From: Octopus sinensis
Taxonomy: Eukaryota
DNA length: 64,000 bases
Direction: 5' to 3'
Assembly (NCBI RefSeq): GCF_006345805.1
Contig: NC_042999.1
Span: 26,660,001 to 26,724,000 of the forward strand
Shown here: piece after piece, positions 25,827 through 40,202 of the stretch
Layout: every line of letters starts with the position of its first letter
Numbering within the stretch: position 1 is the stretch's first letter
Made by a program: the position numbers and the translations under genes
Notes under the pieces: model-generated
Seen by the model: only the letters and a program-made list of their open reading frames with translations
The model's database searches: none
What the model was told of the DNA's origin: nothing

Positions 25827-26445
25827 ATATATATCTATATATATCATATATAATATATATATATATATATATATCTATATATCTATCTATATTATAGAGT
25901 ATGTGTGTGTGTGTGTGGCGTGTGGTGTATGTGTGTGCATCAGTGGCGACTCTCCCGCACTTGGGCTGTTCTGAGCTTAGCGCGAATATAAATATAGTAA
26001 TGAATGTGTATGTGCAAACCAATTTAAATTCAAATCGAGGAAAATTTTCCGTTTTACAACATTCTTAAAGGAACGCAAAATTATCCAGCAACTTGGGTTA
26101 ATACGAACGAACCTGACAGGTGTAAAAGACGAACTGGCATCTCTTATCAAGAGTACAGGCGAGGGTCAGATCGGTGAGGTTTGCTGTGCATTTCATTGTC
26201 GTTATTTGATTGACGTTACTCTGTGCGTCTGAGTATAAAGATCAGTTATGTTTTGCGAGGCTGCTTTATTTTTGCTTTCAACTTAGATTTGGAGAAATAT
26301 ATAGTACTAGATATAAAAAAAAAAGCCATTTGTAGCTAGAAATATTGCTGGAAAACGTGAGTTTCTTCGAGCAGGCATGTGTCTTATGAAATATCTGTGA
26401 TGAGCTCGAGTGACGCTGAAGACCTTGAGTCGCCTCAGATATATG

Positions 26446-26497
<52 letters not shown>

Positions 26498-27280
26498 GTG
26501 TTGATATATTAATGTATGTATGTATGTGTGTGTGTATGTGTATGCATATATGGATGAATGGAGGGATGTATATATAAATATATGCATATATACACGAGTG
26601 TGTGTGTGTGTGTGAGGTATACTTGCCATCTCAATATGGCTAACCACTAAGGGTGGGTGTTACTGTAGCTTATAGCCCCAGGAGAAAATCGTCCCCAGCT
26701 GGCTTTAGGCACACTTTCTGTGTCCAGTTACTGTTTATACCTCGTTCAGAGATTTATTATTGGTTATATATATATATATATATATCAATTTCCTCTTTTA
26801 CATTTCAGGAGCATCCATGAAATGAATTAGTCAAAATCAACCACAATACATAATCATTAAAGATTGTTAAGCTGGTCAATCGTTAGCTTGTAAAACGTGA
26901 AATGGTTAAGAATGTGATTTCAACAACATGACGATACTTGTCCGATACTAGTGAAAATATTTGAGGCAATTTTCTCTTACGAAAGTACTCTCTTTTGTAT
27001 TTGGAGCTATAATTGATTAGGCATGACTGATTACATATTATGTTTTATTGTTTATTTGTTTCAGCAGCCATTGAAGTGCCAATGTGTTGGGACACCACAC
27101 AGAAGGCTTTAGTCGGACAAATCGACTCTAATACTTCTATTTTTAATGCTGGCGCTTATTGTATCGGTCGTTTCTGCGGAACCGCTTAATTGCCGGAAAC
27201 ATAGCAAAATAACACAGGTTGTCAAGAATGATGGTGGTGGTAGTGGTTAGTAGGAGTTTTGTAAACAACACAAACACCCA

Positions 27281-27560
<280 letters not shown>

Positions 27561-27785
27561 CAGGGATATGCGTGTGTGTGTTTGTGTGTGTATGTGTGTG
27601 TGTGTGTGTGTGTGAGTGTTTGTGTATTTGGTCGGCTCGGGGTTATATTTGAAGACATCCAAGATGCCGTGCCGTGGGACTGAACCCAAGCTCATCTGAT
27701 TTCTTCACACCTAATTATTCAACCCGTTGTGAAACACATTTTTTTAATGTTACATATATTTTAATTATTTTAGTCAAGTGCAAGT

Positions 27786-27985
27786 CGGTGAGCTGGCAGA
27801 ACTTTTAGCACAACAGAGAAAATTCATAGCGGCATTCCGCACGTCCTTATGTTCTCAGCTCAAATTTCTCCTAGTGGACATTGCTTTTATGATTTCCGGG
27901 TCGATAAAATAAGTAGTAGGTGAACACTAGGGTCGATGTAATCGACAAGTTCTCTTGTCTGAAAATGCAGGCCTTGTGCCTATAG
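27786..27985 (+). mobile_element. Degenerate tRNA-derived SINE (same family as 33190-33404)
   Basis: GGTGAGCTGGCAGAAC..GGGTCGATAAAATAAGTA..GGGTCGATGTAATCGAC. Confidence 0.7.
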
Positions 27986-30900
27986 TTGACTCCTGTAATT
28001 GTCTCAACTACTACTGACAACTCTAAACGTTTCCAGCTTGCTTAACATCATATTTCCTTAATATAATATGGTCTTTCCGTAATATATACTTAAGATAATC
28101 AAATATAGTTGATTGAATCACGAAAGAGATGTACAAATAAACGCAGAAACCGCAGTAATTATCAGAAATGCTAAAGATTGTATCAGAAATATAATAATGT
28201 ATTTCTTCGAACGTTGATTTCCTTTATTTTATGATAAATTTCTGTTTTAAGTTTTAATTTCTTTTTTTCAAATATTCTGATTCTTTGATCTCAGATAAAT
28301 TTGCATATGTTTCTTTAATCCATATATACTAGCTGTGGAGGATGTTAATGTTGTTTCTAAGTTTGATAGATTCGCAGAAATTGTGTTATGAGATCAAATC
28401 CATCTGAATTCAAGTTTGACTTTCATCATTCTGGTGTCGAGAAAAGGAATTAGTAGGCACGTGCTTTGATCAATTGTGTCATCTGCTACTCGCCCAACAA
28501 AATTGATTTTGTTCCAGAATCCTCACGGGCTGTTTGCAAAAAATTTAAAATCATCATTAAAAATCTGGCTACCACTATTTGCGCCATATCATGTTTATGT
28601 GGATTGCCCCAATATCTAGACGTCTATAATTCTGATTGTTTCGGTGCTCATTTTATGTCATGTGTAGATAATTTATTTGTTTACATAGTGTATTTTAAAA
28701 AATTCTGCCTTTTTATAACTTAAACATTTTGATCTAGTCTTTAGGATAATAATTTGTCAAACTAATTTATCATAAAATAAAGGAACTCCTCTCTAATTAT
28801 TATGCTAATATTTACATATTTAATAATCCAGATGAGTCGTTCGTATGATTTGAAATGACGTATTTGATTGAGGTAGAACATATCGTATGGTTAGTATTTA
28901 CTGCTATTATAAGAAATCCTTAGTTGTATTTCAAATAATTATTTTTGCTATTTATTCCATTAAAGAATAATTCTTTCAGTAACTGTTTTTTTTATCACAA
29001 TTTTAAAAGCTGCTCTCATTTTTCAATTAGCACGTCTCGTTCTTACATGAGAAATAATGTTCATTAATTTGACTAAACACAAGCTTAGTTAGTGACAATA
29101 AATGAGCAAATGATTGTTCAAACAATTAACTGCAAGGGTATTATAAGGTTTCATAATCTTCATCGTGTAAATACATGGTGGTGGTGAAAACCATTTGCTA
29201 TAGAAAGCATTTCCGTGTTGTTTTAGGAAAGACGGCTATTATTAATTTTCCTCGTTATCAATTTGTGATATTTTTGTAGTCATTCTCGTTCAATTTCATT
29301 TCGGCATAGCCCGTGCTCTCTTAAAATTTCTTTTGAACAAAACCATCAGGGATGGTAATTGCAATGAACAGTATATAAGTAATTGTTTTTGTAAAATTTC
29401 ACATTATATCTAAAAGGCAATACCAAGCAAAACAACATCAATGAAGGACCTATGTCGTTGCACATCTCTCTCTGAAAGCACAGGTACACCATTTTGAAAG
29501 TGAAACTCTTTGTTTTAAAATGCTGAAACCTATAAGATATTGTAATAATAATTAGCTCATACAATAAAAATGAAAGGATAGGGCTTCGTAGAGAATTAAA
29601 CCGGATCTAAACAAAAACAACACTAACAACATAAATAGTGTTTTCTAATATGTTGTCCCTGGATATCATCAGTGAATTTAGATTTGTTTCGAACCTTCTA
29701 ACAAAAGGTAAGATCCACATTTCTCACCACACTACGATTTCCTGCGAATATTGACGAACTGCGTTACAGCCCCAATAGTATCCAAGTTGAACCTGTAATA
29801 TACATGTTTCTGCTCGACCGACTGAGTGATACACAATATACATTCATACATAAATACATTCATAAAAACATTTTAGAAAATAATTGGAAGGAATATATGA
29901 AAGCATCATTATACTTAAAAACAAACACGGGAACATGTAAGATTGGGCAACTCATTTAAACTGGATGCATATAGAAAATATTTAGAGGGAGAAGTTTAAA
30001 AAATAAAAAAGAAATAATATGAAAACAAGTTGTTCTCAGGTATAGAAATAATTTTTAATAAGGTACTAACATCAGGGTATTTCTTTTACATTTGCTTGGT
30101 GATTAGATGTTTAAATCGGTTTATTATTTAAAACATTTTTCTCAATCCTGAAGTTAAAGAAAGACAAATTTCCCAAAAGATTAAAGAAAGATTGAAAACA
30201 AAATTAAAAAGAATATTTTTACAAAGACTTCAAAGGGAAAATGTCAGCCAACGTCATTGAGAATAAAAGTAATCTAAATTTCCCATTTCTAACGATTAGC
30301 TTCTAAAATATATTATCTGCAAGTTATTTACTAGTATGAAAGTATTGCTAAAATAATCTTGTGGGAGCTGAAGTATATAATATCGCATAATGTTTCATTT
30401 TTTTATCTTTCGTCACGTTTGACGTATTTTATACATTGAACAAGAAGGATTTCCAGAATGCCTTTCTTTCATTTCAAATAACAGAAGTATTCAGAGGAGT
30501 TGGATAATTGTGAACATGTCTCATTTGAAAAGTAAAAGAAATTGTTGAATAGACAATAGGAAAATTATTCTGCAATTCCCTCTAGATAATAAACTAGCAA
30601 AATTGCACTGTAGTGAAATTACTGCTAATAGATTGAAGGGAACAAATATATCTTTTCTTTAAACTCGGTAATTGAAAAATTCATTATGCATATGATTCAA
30701 TTGGATCTGTAACTACTGTTGAATAACGGTATTTAAAAAATATTCGGTAATACCTTTGCAAAAATGTTACCGTACTGAAATCAATATTCTCATTTGATAT
30801 GCTCAACTATAGACAAATAAAATCATGAAGAAATCTTCATATCATAGAGATGTGTGAGGTCTTTTCCTATATTTTTGCTCAGAAGTTGACTCTCATGCCT

Positions 30901-31309
30901 CAAATTAGGCATACATCGCATTATGTAAATATATGCAAAATAATTTATTAATACATGACAAGGAAACATTTAATCAAAATGCTGGATATCTCAAGCAAGA
31001 TTAGACAGTAAATAAGGTATTTCTGCATAAAGTTTATCAAACTATATATAGAAGCGTACATACATACATACATAATACATACCTACATACATGCATGCAT
31101 ACATACATGCGTGCATGCATACGAATATATATACACGCATACAAACATTCATGGATGCATACATACATATAAGCATATTAGACACACACACATATATACA
31201 TATATAACTGTGGACTATATATGCATTTGATAATTTCTCTCTGTTTATTTTCAGTCACTCTCTGTCCCTATCTAAGTATGTATGCACACATTTATATATG
31301 TACTTATGC

Positions 31310-31377
<68 letters not shown>

Positions 31378-31404
31378 TTATATATATATATGTGTGTGTG
31401 TGTG

Positions 31405-31610
31405 TGACCTCGTGTGTACTGTTGGCGATTTTTTTCCTCTGTCTTCCCTTCTCTGGGTCTTTCCTTCTCCTATGTTTCCGACGAAGAGCTCCGCTCGAAA
31501 CGTTAAACCCTCCTTCTTCCCTTCTTTCCTGAGCGTCCAATAATAATATATTTGTTCCACGTCCTCGCGTTGTTGTGTTTTTTGTGTTTTCTTGTTTGGA
31601 TTAACTATAT
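31405..31610 (+). mobile_element. PLE pseudo-LTR-like repeat with minimal HHR (31474-31508, U4->C)
   Basis: GUUU-CCGACGA-A-GAGC-UCC-GCUC-GAAAC-GUU-AAAC. Reverse complement of the repeat at 56160-56355. Confidence 0.65.
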
Positions 31611-31618
31611 ATATATAC

Positions 31619-31675
<57 letters not shown>

Positions 31676-31763
31676 TCCGTGGGAACCCAGTGTATACCAA
31701 ATCTAACGACGAATTTACATTTTCTGTAAATGACGCTAGGTAGCCAAAAGAGATGAATATTCT

Positions 31764-33536
31764 CTTCGGTGTCCCAAAATTAAGGCAACGGAAGTTTCGG
31801 GCTTTAATAACAATCAATAGATGTGAGAAGACATGAAAATTATACATCGTTATAAAAGCTTATTTTGTCTATTTCCTTTTGTTTTAGTCTAAATAAATTC
31901 ATATTTATAAACTAGCTAATGTCTGTAGATTGAAATACAATCATAACCCTCCACAAAGAAGGCGAAATTAATACGGCTATAGCAAAAAAGCTAAAAATAA
32001 ACCGAAAAACAGTCTGGAAAATTGTCACGAAATTTGAAGAGACCGGTTCCACAGCTGATCGACCTGGACATAGCTGAAAAAGAAGTCTACGGACCTCTCA
32101 GCTAATCAAAAGTACCAGAGAAAACTACGGCGAAATCCTGTAATTCCGTCAGAAAACTGGCTGCCACAGCAAAAGTAAGCCGAACATCGATGTATCTAAT
32201 GTTGAAGGAGGATCTCAGGACACACTCCTACAAGATGATCCAACTTATTGAGCTCACGCCTGTTTATAAGGCCATGATACAGGAGGGAAGTTGCTTTTTC
32301 TTGCGTCAAATTGCTGAAGGCACCCTGCCCAACATGGTGTTTACTGATGAAAAGAAATTTCATATCGAACAGAGAGTAGAGCACCAGAATGACAGACTTT
32401 ATTGTATATCTGATTCAATCGAGAGTAGACTCGTAATTCACGTCAAATTCCACAGTAATGGTTTGGTCTGCTGTGACAGCCACTCGAAGATCTCCCCTTG
32501 ATTGTGAGCCCTCGGGTGTTAAAGTTAAAACTCAGATATATATTAGAGACGTTTTGGAAACTGAACTGCGTCCATGGGCGAATAAACACTTGCAAAGCGA
32601 ACCTTAGGGCCTCCAACGGTACTTGGTACCGTCCCACAGCTGCAAACAGATACATCACTAGATTAAAAAAACGTTTCCTCGTCCATAAGCAAGAATGTAT
32701 GGCCCGCAAAAACCCCGATCTCAGTCCATTTGGTCCATTTTGGAGACGAGGATCTCGAGCACACCTCATGCTTCTCCCGATGCTCTAAAGGTAAATCTGT
32801 GCCTCGAATAGGATTCGATTACGCAAGAATATCTGCGTGCCGCGTGTGAAGCACCTAGACTGTGATTCGAAACTGGTGTTAATATCAAATAAATATGGTA
32901 GTGTTATAATTGTGTTTCATTTACCATTGCATTGCTCGGACTCGAAATATAACAATATTTTGCTTTGGCTCAATTGAAAAACGTTTTTACGTTTATGAAT
33001 TTGTATAGCAAGATTGTTGATGTGAAACCGCGTGTTGAAACAGATATTGTTATATGTCGGGATGGTCATTTTTTTCCCAAAGAAACACATGTACTATACA
33101 TTCGTTTGTCACTCGTTTATTTCTGTTCGTATTTTAACTGCTATCCATTGTCCTTATATCTTTTGTTACATACCTATTTCTTTATTACACACAAGGGGCT
33201 AAACACAGGGGGGACAAACAAGAACAGACATAGGTATTAAGTCGATTACATCGACCCCAGTGCGTAACTGGTACTTAATTTATCGACCCCGAAAGGATGA
33301 AAGGCAAAGTCGACCTCGGCGGAATTTGAACTCGCAACGAAACGCAGACGAAATACCGCTAAGCATTTCGCCCGGAGTGCTAACGTTTCTGCCAGCTCGC
33401 CGCCCTTCTTTTGTTACATACCTATTACATACCTGTTAACTCTTCAGCGACCCTTTCCGTCCTCGTGCATCCTGCTGCTCCACTTGGTCCATGACCAGCC
33501 TGCAAAAGTTGGTTGCCGTAATTTTGGGACACCCTG
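31764..33536 (+). mobile_element. Decayed maT/DD37D-like transposon with SINE insertion
   Basis: TIRs GGTGTCCCAAAATTAAGGCAAC / GTTGCCGTAATTTTGGGACACC. Translation: RKTVWKIVTKFEETGSTADRPG, MVFTDEKKFHIEQ..QNDRLY, PDLSPF. Confidence 0.85.
33190..33404 (-). mobile_element. tRNA-derived SINE
   Basis: Minus strand GGCGGCGAGCTGGCAGAAACGTTAGC..GAGTTCAAATTCCGCCGAGGTCGACTTTGCCTTTCATCCTTTCGGGGTCGATAAATTAAGTACC. Confidence 0.85.
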
Positions 33537-33639
33537 TGTATATGTATATACATGTATTTACACACACACACACACACACAAGTAACCACAATAGGGTTTC
33601 AAATTTACTATACCTGTTTGAGTAGAACTTTTCCGTGCA

Positions 33640-34135
33640 GTTATAGATAATTACATCATAAAATATAGTCCAGCATCACGAGGTAAAATTTTAAGGAGGT
33701 ATATGTGCGCAACATGGTGATCTCATATCAAGATAAATAGCGCCTGAACTTGCAGGTGGGACACAGAATTTTCTTTTGGTCCAGTTGCCCTCCCGCTCAA
33801 AATGTCCCTGAAAAGGGGTTGTTTAAGGATGTTGAATGAAAAAGCTATGTTTCCACATGTGAATTATTCAAATCCAAAGGAATTACTTTGAACACATGGC
33901 TATGTTAATCCCCCAATACTTCTGATCGTGATCAGATATGCACATATCGTCAGCCACCAAGGGAAATGCTCAACTGGTTAGCAAGTCAAGCTACTGTTAT
34001 TAAAAATCTGTGGTATTGAACAGAATATTTGCCGTAGCCTATGTTTTATTCCAAGACAAAACATGTACATAAAAACACTTCCAATGTGTTAAGATCAGAA
34101 GCCATGAGAGCCAGTACTTGATACTGCATCAGGGT
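33640..34135. mobile_element. Copy of the ~500-bp non-coding element also found at 39.9-43.9 kb
   Basis: Shares gtgatctcatatcaagataaa..gcacatatcgtcagcc..gttaagatcagaagccatgagagcc..ctgcatcaggg with 40520-41010 and 41790-42290. Confidence 0.85.
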
Positions 34136-35001
34136 ATTTCTTGTTGTTGTTGCTGTTATGTAGTACCAGTTTCACTTCAACATTAAAATTTCATGTTATC
34201 TAAATATTTTGAAACCGTGACCTGTTTACTGACAAAACTTCGCAAAAGTAATGCTGCACGAAGATTTGTCAGTAAACAGCAAACACACACATTCATTGCC
34301 TTTCATTTCTATGTATATGTATCTATGGGCATGCGCGAGTGTGTCACTGTTGAAGTCGCTCGTGCAACTTGTTTGTATATATATTGGCTTAATGGTACAG
34401 AGTGTTTGGAAACTGTAAGTGAGGTGCAAATTTCGAGTACTTCTCCTTTTTTACTCCTCGCCTTCTAATAGTAATTATCCAACTTTCTAGGCTCTTTCCA
34501 CGTTCTAAAATTATACGGGTATTTAAAAAATCTTCATTAAATAAATTATAAATTATTAATAGTATAATAAATAACAAATTACGTATCCATTAAAAAATAA
34601 ACTGTCCGTTTTCCAAATAACGAATGACAACTTAAAAGAGAAAGCAGGAGACTTTGCAAATGAGAACGGAATACTCTGCAGTGAATGCAATGAGTTTTTA
34701 AATTTGCGAATTGGACTCAGGGAATGCAATGAGAAATTCGAATTAAAATAATTCAAGAAACTTCAGAAATTGAAATTATAGCAAATTTCTTAGAACATGA
34801 ATTTATAAAAAATATTTCCAGACGGTCAAACCTTTAATAATTGCTTTCTTTTAGTACTTTTGATAATTGTTTCTTCGTTGTTTCTGTGTTAACAAAATAA
34901 TTACCAGTTGAAAATCTGTGTCAATGCAACTAACTTTCTGCTGACGCCAAACTCGACGGTCTTGTGCTAGAATTTGACCCTCATAAACAAACACGCATAA
35001 G

Positions 35002-35055
<54 letters not shown>

Positions 35056-36419
35056 ACACACACACACACGTCGTTAAAACTTGCACTCGCGTTGTTTGCT
35101 CAAGCATAATTTCAATATGTTTTCTTTTATTCATAGACAAATGGGTAAATAGAATTCTGTAATCGAAAATTCGGAAAATATGAGAATAAAATCATCGAAA
35201 TGCGTTACAATGTTTTCTAATTGGAAATGTCACCGCATCGTTACGAATTTTAGATCAGAAAAAAGAATTGAGTTATAACTCAAGCAGCTAATATTATCTA
35301 TGGTAATTGTTTTCTTTTCTGTTGAATAATTCTGCTTCCCTCTGCAACATAGAACGCCTCTTCCTGTCGATTTGTTGACTATGTTATTGGTGGGAAATTG
35401 TAAACGATCTTCTAACCACACTCCGTTCATTAGCTTATAGCTATGTTTAGAATATGCAAAATGAAATACAATGTATGTCGTCTGTCTAATTTGCATAGCA
35501 TTGAATTCGTTTATAACAAGGGTGAATTAACTTTAATTTATGGATCAACTTTCCAGAATCGCTTTATAAATAAAATAATTTATTAGTTCATTAAACCACT
35601 GTGTCTGAGGAAGCAAGTTGTATAAATTATGAAGGTTATTTAAATATATCAGCTTTTAACCTTATCCAGGTTTAACAAATTCCAATTCATGTCTTTATAA
35701 TAAGCATACTTGTAGAAAGAAAATTGTTATAGTTTGCTAATGAAGGCCGCGTAGTGCTGGTAACAAATCAAACTAACTACACTTTCTGTTTTTTTTCATA
35801 AAATAAAGTTAGATTTTACATTTCAAAATATCCGAAAATACTGCGTATTCCACTTTTAAATTATTAATCCCACTTGCCACCTCTTTAGACAGTATACACG
35901 ACTCTCTAGGACTGAGTATACACAGAATATGTCAGATAATTGTCAACATGTTTAAAATTCAGAGAAAATGCTTCTTATTTTAGAAATGAAAATCTAACAA
36001 GATAAAGAATTTTTATTGATCATATTTCGAAAGAAAATATATGGCCCAACACATATTGTTGGGTTTTCACACGATACTACAACTTAGTTATGAATATATA
36101 TTACGCATTACATTTTAAACATGGGTTCATATATCTTATTATGTTGCAATACGGCATTACGTACGACATTCCTCCTATTTAATACTATTTCCAATATAAA
36201 GCACAAATGTATATAATGATATAATGAAGTCTTAAAAATTTGAAGCAAAGGATGCCAAATTTGCACTCCATGCATTCAATATATTGCTAACCAGGGAAAC
36301 TAATAATCTAAGTTAAGAAATAGAAATATTTTCAAAACACCTTTAAAAACAGAATAAACACGGCAAACAGAATGATAGAATTTATATTTTAAATATTGCA
36401 AGAAAATAAAATTTGAGAA

Positions 36420-36488
<69 letters not shown>

Positions 36489-37471
36489 CGTGTGTGTATG
36501 TGTGCACATTTATTTTGTAGAAGGTATCCAGATTATATAGTTCTCATAATTTCATATGAATGAGTGGCAAAGTGTTTTTATTTTTGCATATTTCTACAGC
36601 CAGATAGATACGTAGGGAGGAGCAACGTCTAATGGTATAATGAAATATGTAATTTATGGATAATGTTCGTTCCATTTTTGCGATATCAGCTCTTTAAATC
36701 AAATTCTATCTCGGAGTCAAAGATCAAGACGCTCTGTCTTTTCAGAACTATTTTGAGCCTCGAAAATATATTGATTTTTCTTAGTCTGTCTTGGTATTGA
36801 TTTTTAACATTACAATGGTATTGGCTATATTTCCTACACATTTGTCAACATTGATAGCACAAAAATATCCTATTTGTCTTCAAAGTATAATATTTTTATG
36901 AATAAGATTCCTCAATTCAATCAAGTTAATATGAATGAACTATAATCAGATTTTCAATAATATTCATTTTCAGACTGCGAGTTCGTGTCGATCATTTCAA
37001 TATGAATGCATTGTGTACTACACAGCAGGAAACACAAGTGTGTGATGAATTAATACGCATATAGTCTTCTGTATATTTTCATTTGTTAGTCTGAAAAGCT
37101 GGGAGCAATCTTCAACCTCTTCAGAACGTTGAATAATTGAAAGTAGAAATAAATAACGGATAGTAACGCGGTTAATAGTCAGTTTCTTTATACAATCCAG
37201 GAAACATCCACAGTGAATCATATTCAGATATATGACATTGATGGATAGGTTGGGTAGGCTATGTTTTGTACAATGGCTTTGTTTTAAACAAATGGATTTC
37301 GTGAAAGGGAGAAGAGTGTAGTGTATGAAAGTTACTGTATTACGAAGCTGGACTGAAAGGTTCACACGCTGACTTCGAATGAGTGATATTTGGGAGGTGA
37401 AATTGTCTTGAATTAAATCCCAACCCTTATTAATAACTGCGTTGGGTTCTTCGAAGTAAACTGACATATCA

Positions 37472-37894
37472 CTTTATTCTTTTACTCTTTTACTCTTTTA
37501 CTTGTTTCAGTCATTTGACTGCGGCCATGCTGGAGCACCGCCTTTTAGTCGAGCAAATCGACCCCGGAACTTATTCTTTGTAAGCCCAGTACTTATTCTA
37601 TCGGTCTCTTTTGCCGAACCGCTAAGTGACGGGGACGTAAACACACCAGCATCGGTTGTCAAGCAATGCTAGGGGGACAAACACAGACACACAAACATAT
37701 ACACACACACTTATATATATATACATATATACGACAGGCTTCTTTCAGTTTCCGTCTACCAAATCCACTCACAAGGCATTGGTCGGCCCGGGGCTATAGC
37801 AAAAGACACTTGCCCAAGATGCCACGCAGTGGGACTGAACCCGGAACCATGTGGTTGGTAAGCAAGCTACTTACCACACAGCCACTCCTGCGCC
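37472..37894 (-). mobile_element. tRNA-derived CORE-like SINE with internal (CA)n/(AT)n
   Basis: Head GGCGCAGGAGTGGCTGTGTGGTAAG..GGTTCAGTCCC, core GGGCAAGTGTCTT, (GTAAAAGA)n tail. Near-identical to 59935-60378. Confidence 0.85.
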
Positions 37895-38964
37895 ACTTGC
37901 TTACTGTTCAAAATAGACTTCAAAAATGGAGAAAATTTGTCAACGTGGTGCATTTGCAGAAAAAGGGTTTAGACCCTAACGATATCAGGATGTCATGATT
38001 GTTACATAATTGTTGACGACTCAGATTTGTCAACAGTGCAAAAATGCGCAGCTGAATTGTGTAGGGAAGTGAGAGTTTTGAAGATGATTCAAGGTATGGA
38101 CTTCCCGCAGGTGCCACCACCGAGGAAAACATTGATCGTGGTAATAAAGGATAGGCGATTGACTATAAATCCAATAGCCAATTCAGTTAGTCTATCCCGT
38201 GAGAAAATTGAGAATATTCTGCACTAAAACTTGGCATGACAAAGGTTTCTGCTCAGTGGGTGTCGCGTATAATAACACCTGATTAAAATCGTCTCAGGCT
38301 GATCCCATTACGGGAAAATCTGACATTATTTTAGGCAGACCCATCTGATTTCTCTAAACATTTGCTTTCCCATGTTTAGTCTTGGGTTCATCCATTTGAG
38401 CTAGAGACAATGAGACAATTCATGTAGTGAAAAAACTCGTGGCCAGCTCCAAAGAAAGAGAATATCATTTTATCTGTAGGGAAGGTGATGAAAAATTTTG
38501 GGGGATACAAAGCTGTCGTGTTTATTGACAATCTTAGAAATGCCAACTGCATCAGTGATGATTATTTCGATAAATTGTTGGGGCCGAACTCTCAGGAAGA
38601 CTAACGAAAGGGTGTCCTGTTTCATCAGAACAATTCTCAAGAACACAAGTTCTACATTGCAATAGCTGATGTGCGTCACTGTGGTGGCTTTGAACTGGTT
38701 GACCACCCTACCTATTCTGCTGATTTGTACCCCATCTATCTGTCATCTGTTCCCGAAAAAAGCACTTGGCTGGGGCCATGTATCCCAGTAATAGTGACAT
38801 CGTATATACTGTTGATGACTTTTTTGACAAACAAGATGACATTTTCGCCAATGGCATCCAAGCACTGCAATACAGAAGACGTATGTGGACCGCAAATATA
38901 TTTCATTTAGTTACATTCAATGGGAATATCTTTGACAGTCTATGCACTTTTCAGCTGACTTTCG
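37895..38964 (+). mobile_element. Decayed mariner (irritans-like), 5'-truncated by a SINE
   Basis: STVQKCAAE..DRRLTIN.IA..SREKIENILH..GMTKVSAQWV, HPTYSADL; TIR-like end ..TTTTCAGCTGACTTTCGTA. Confidence 0.85.
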
Positions 38965-38989
38965 TAATTTTGCGAGAAATATCAGCTCT

Positions 38990-39720
38990 CACTTTTCTGC
39001 GACCCAGAAATTCTCTTAACTCTGCTAGTCGAGAGAATCATCGTAATTATCCATGTGTCATGGCGATACGTCACGCAAATTCAAATTCTCCAAGTATGTC
39101 GTCACACATGCCAACTACTAATCCTGTACAGAATGCCATGGTGGAAAATTCCACTGACTACATTGTCCGACTATCATGCGGCTGACAACACTTAGGATGC
39201 CAGACAACTTCCTTTGGTCCACGCATGAGCTAGGACTGGAGTTCTGTCAAAATTCTCACCAGTAAGAAAACTCTGGTGATGGCCTAACTTCAGCGCATTT
39301 CTACGTATTGTTAACCATAGTTTCCACCCATAATTTCCACTCAATCTATTCTACCAGGAAATGAGACCTGTGGCCAGAGAGACGCGTTTTGTCCAAAACA
39401 TGGAAGAGTACATGCTCTGGTTAGCCATGAAGCAGAAAGATGCACGAAGGTAAGGTAATATTAGATAATACGACCTTACAATTCAGAGGCAGCTTGCTCT
39501 TAATCCATTTCAGCCAGTCTGCTCACCATCTCTTTCCAGCATACGGAAACACTGAGCTTCCACATCCTGGTGTTCCTGAGGTGCACTTTGAAATCTCCAA
39601 CTTCTGTTGACGTGGCCCTAGGGTCAGTATGTACAGAAGGGGTGCGAGGTTGTACCCTTCACGGGCCGATTGAATGATATTCAATGATTCCGACTGGTGA
39701 TTAGTTTCTGTGACCATGGA
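38990..39720 (-). mobile_element. Tx1/L1-clade LINE RT fragment
   Basis: SESLNIIQSAREGYNLAPLLYILTLGP..GCGS.SV..YA resembles the RQGCPLSPLLY..L(E)P..SAYADD motif of Tx1 RT. Confidence 0.65.
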
Positions 39721-39839
39721 GCATATGTAGCTCTACACACCCGTGTTTACTGTGCAATGTCTATAATAATAATAATAACAAAAACAGCAATAATAATAAT
39801 AACAACAACCACAACAACAACAACAGCAACAACAACAAC

Positions 39840-39915
<76 letters not shown>

Positions 39916-39928
39916 TAATAATAATAAT

Positions 39929-40202
39929 AGATGCTCTGATGCAGTACCAGACAGTGGCTCTCTAGGCTTCTGATCTTAACTGATTGGAAGTGTTATCACG
40001 TACATTGGTTTGTTTTGGTAGAAAAAAAATAGGCTGCAGCAAATGGTTACGGTCAAACAACTGACAAGTAAATGTATGGTATTGAGAAAAATATTTGCTG
40101 TAGCCCATCTTTTATACCAAGACAAAACAATGTACGTGATAGCACTTCCAATCAGTTAAGATCAGAAGACATGAGAGCCACTGCCTGGTACTGCATCAGG
40201 GC

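Noticed and set aside
26397-26422. C/D-box snoRNA-like GUGAUGA...CUGA
   Set aside because: The boxes are only ~13 nt apart and there is no terminal stem.
34600-34750. Tigger/CENP-B-like NLKEKAGDFA peptide
   Set aside because: The similarity is too short and no TIRs were found.
37018-37467. 149-codon minus-strand ORF
   Set aside because: No recognisable domain or clear splice context; may be a chance ORF.
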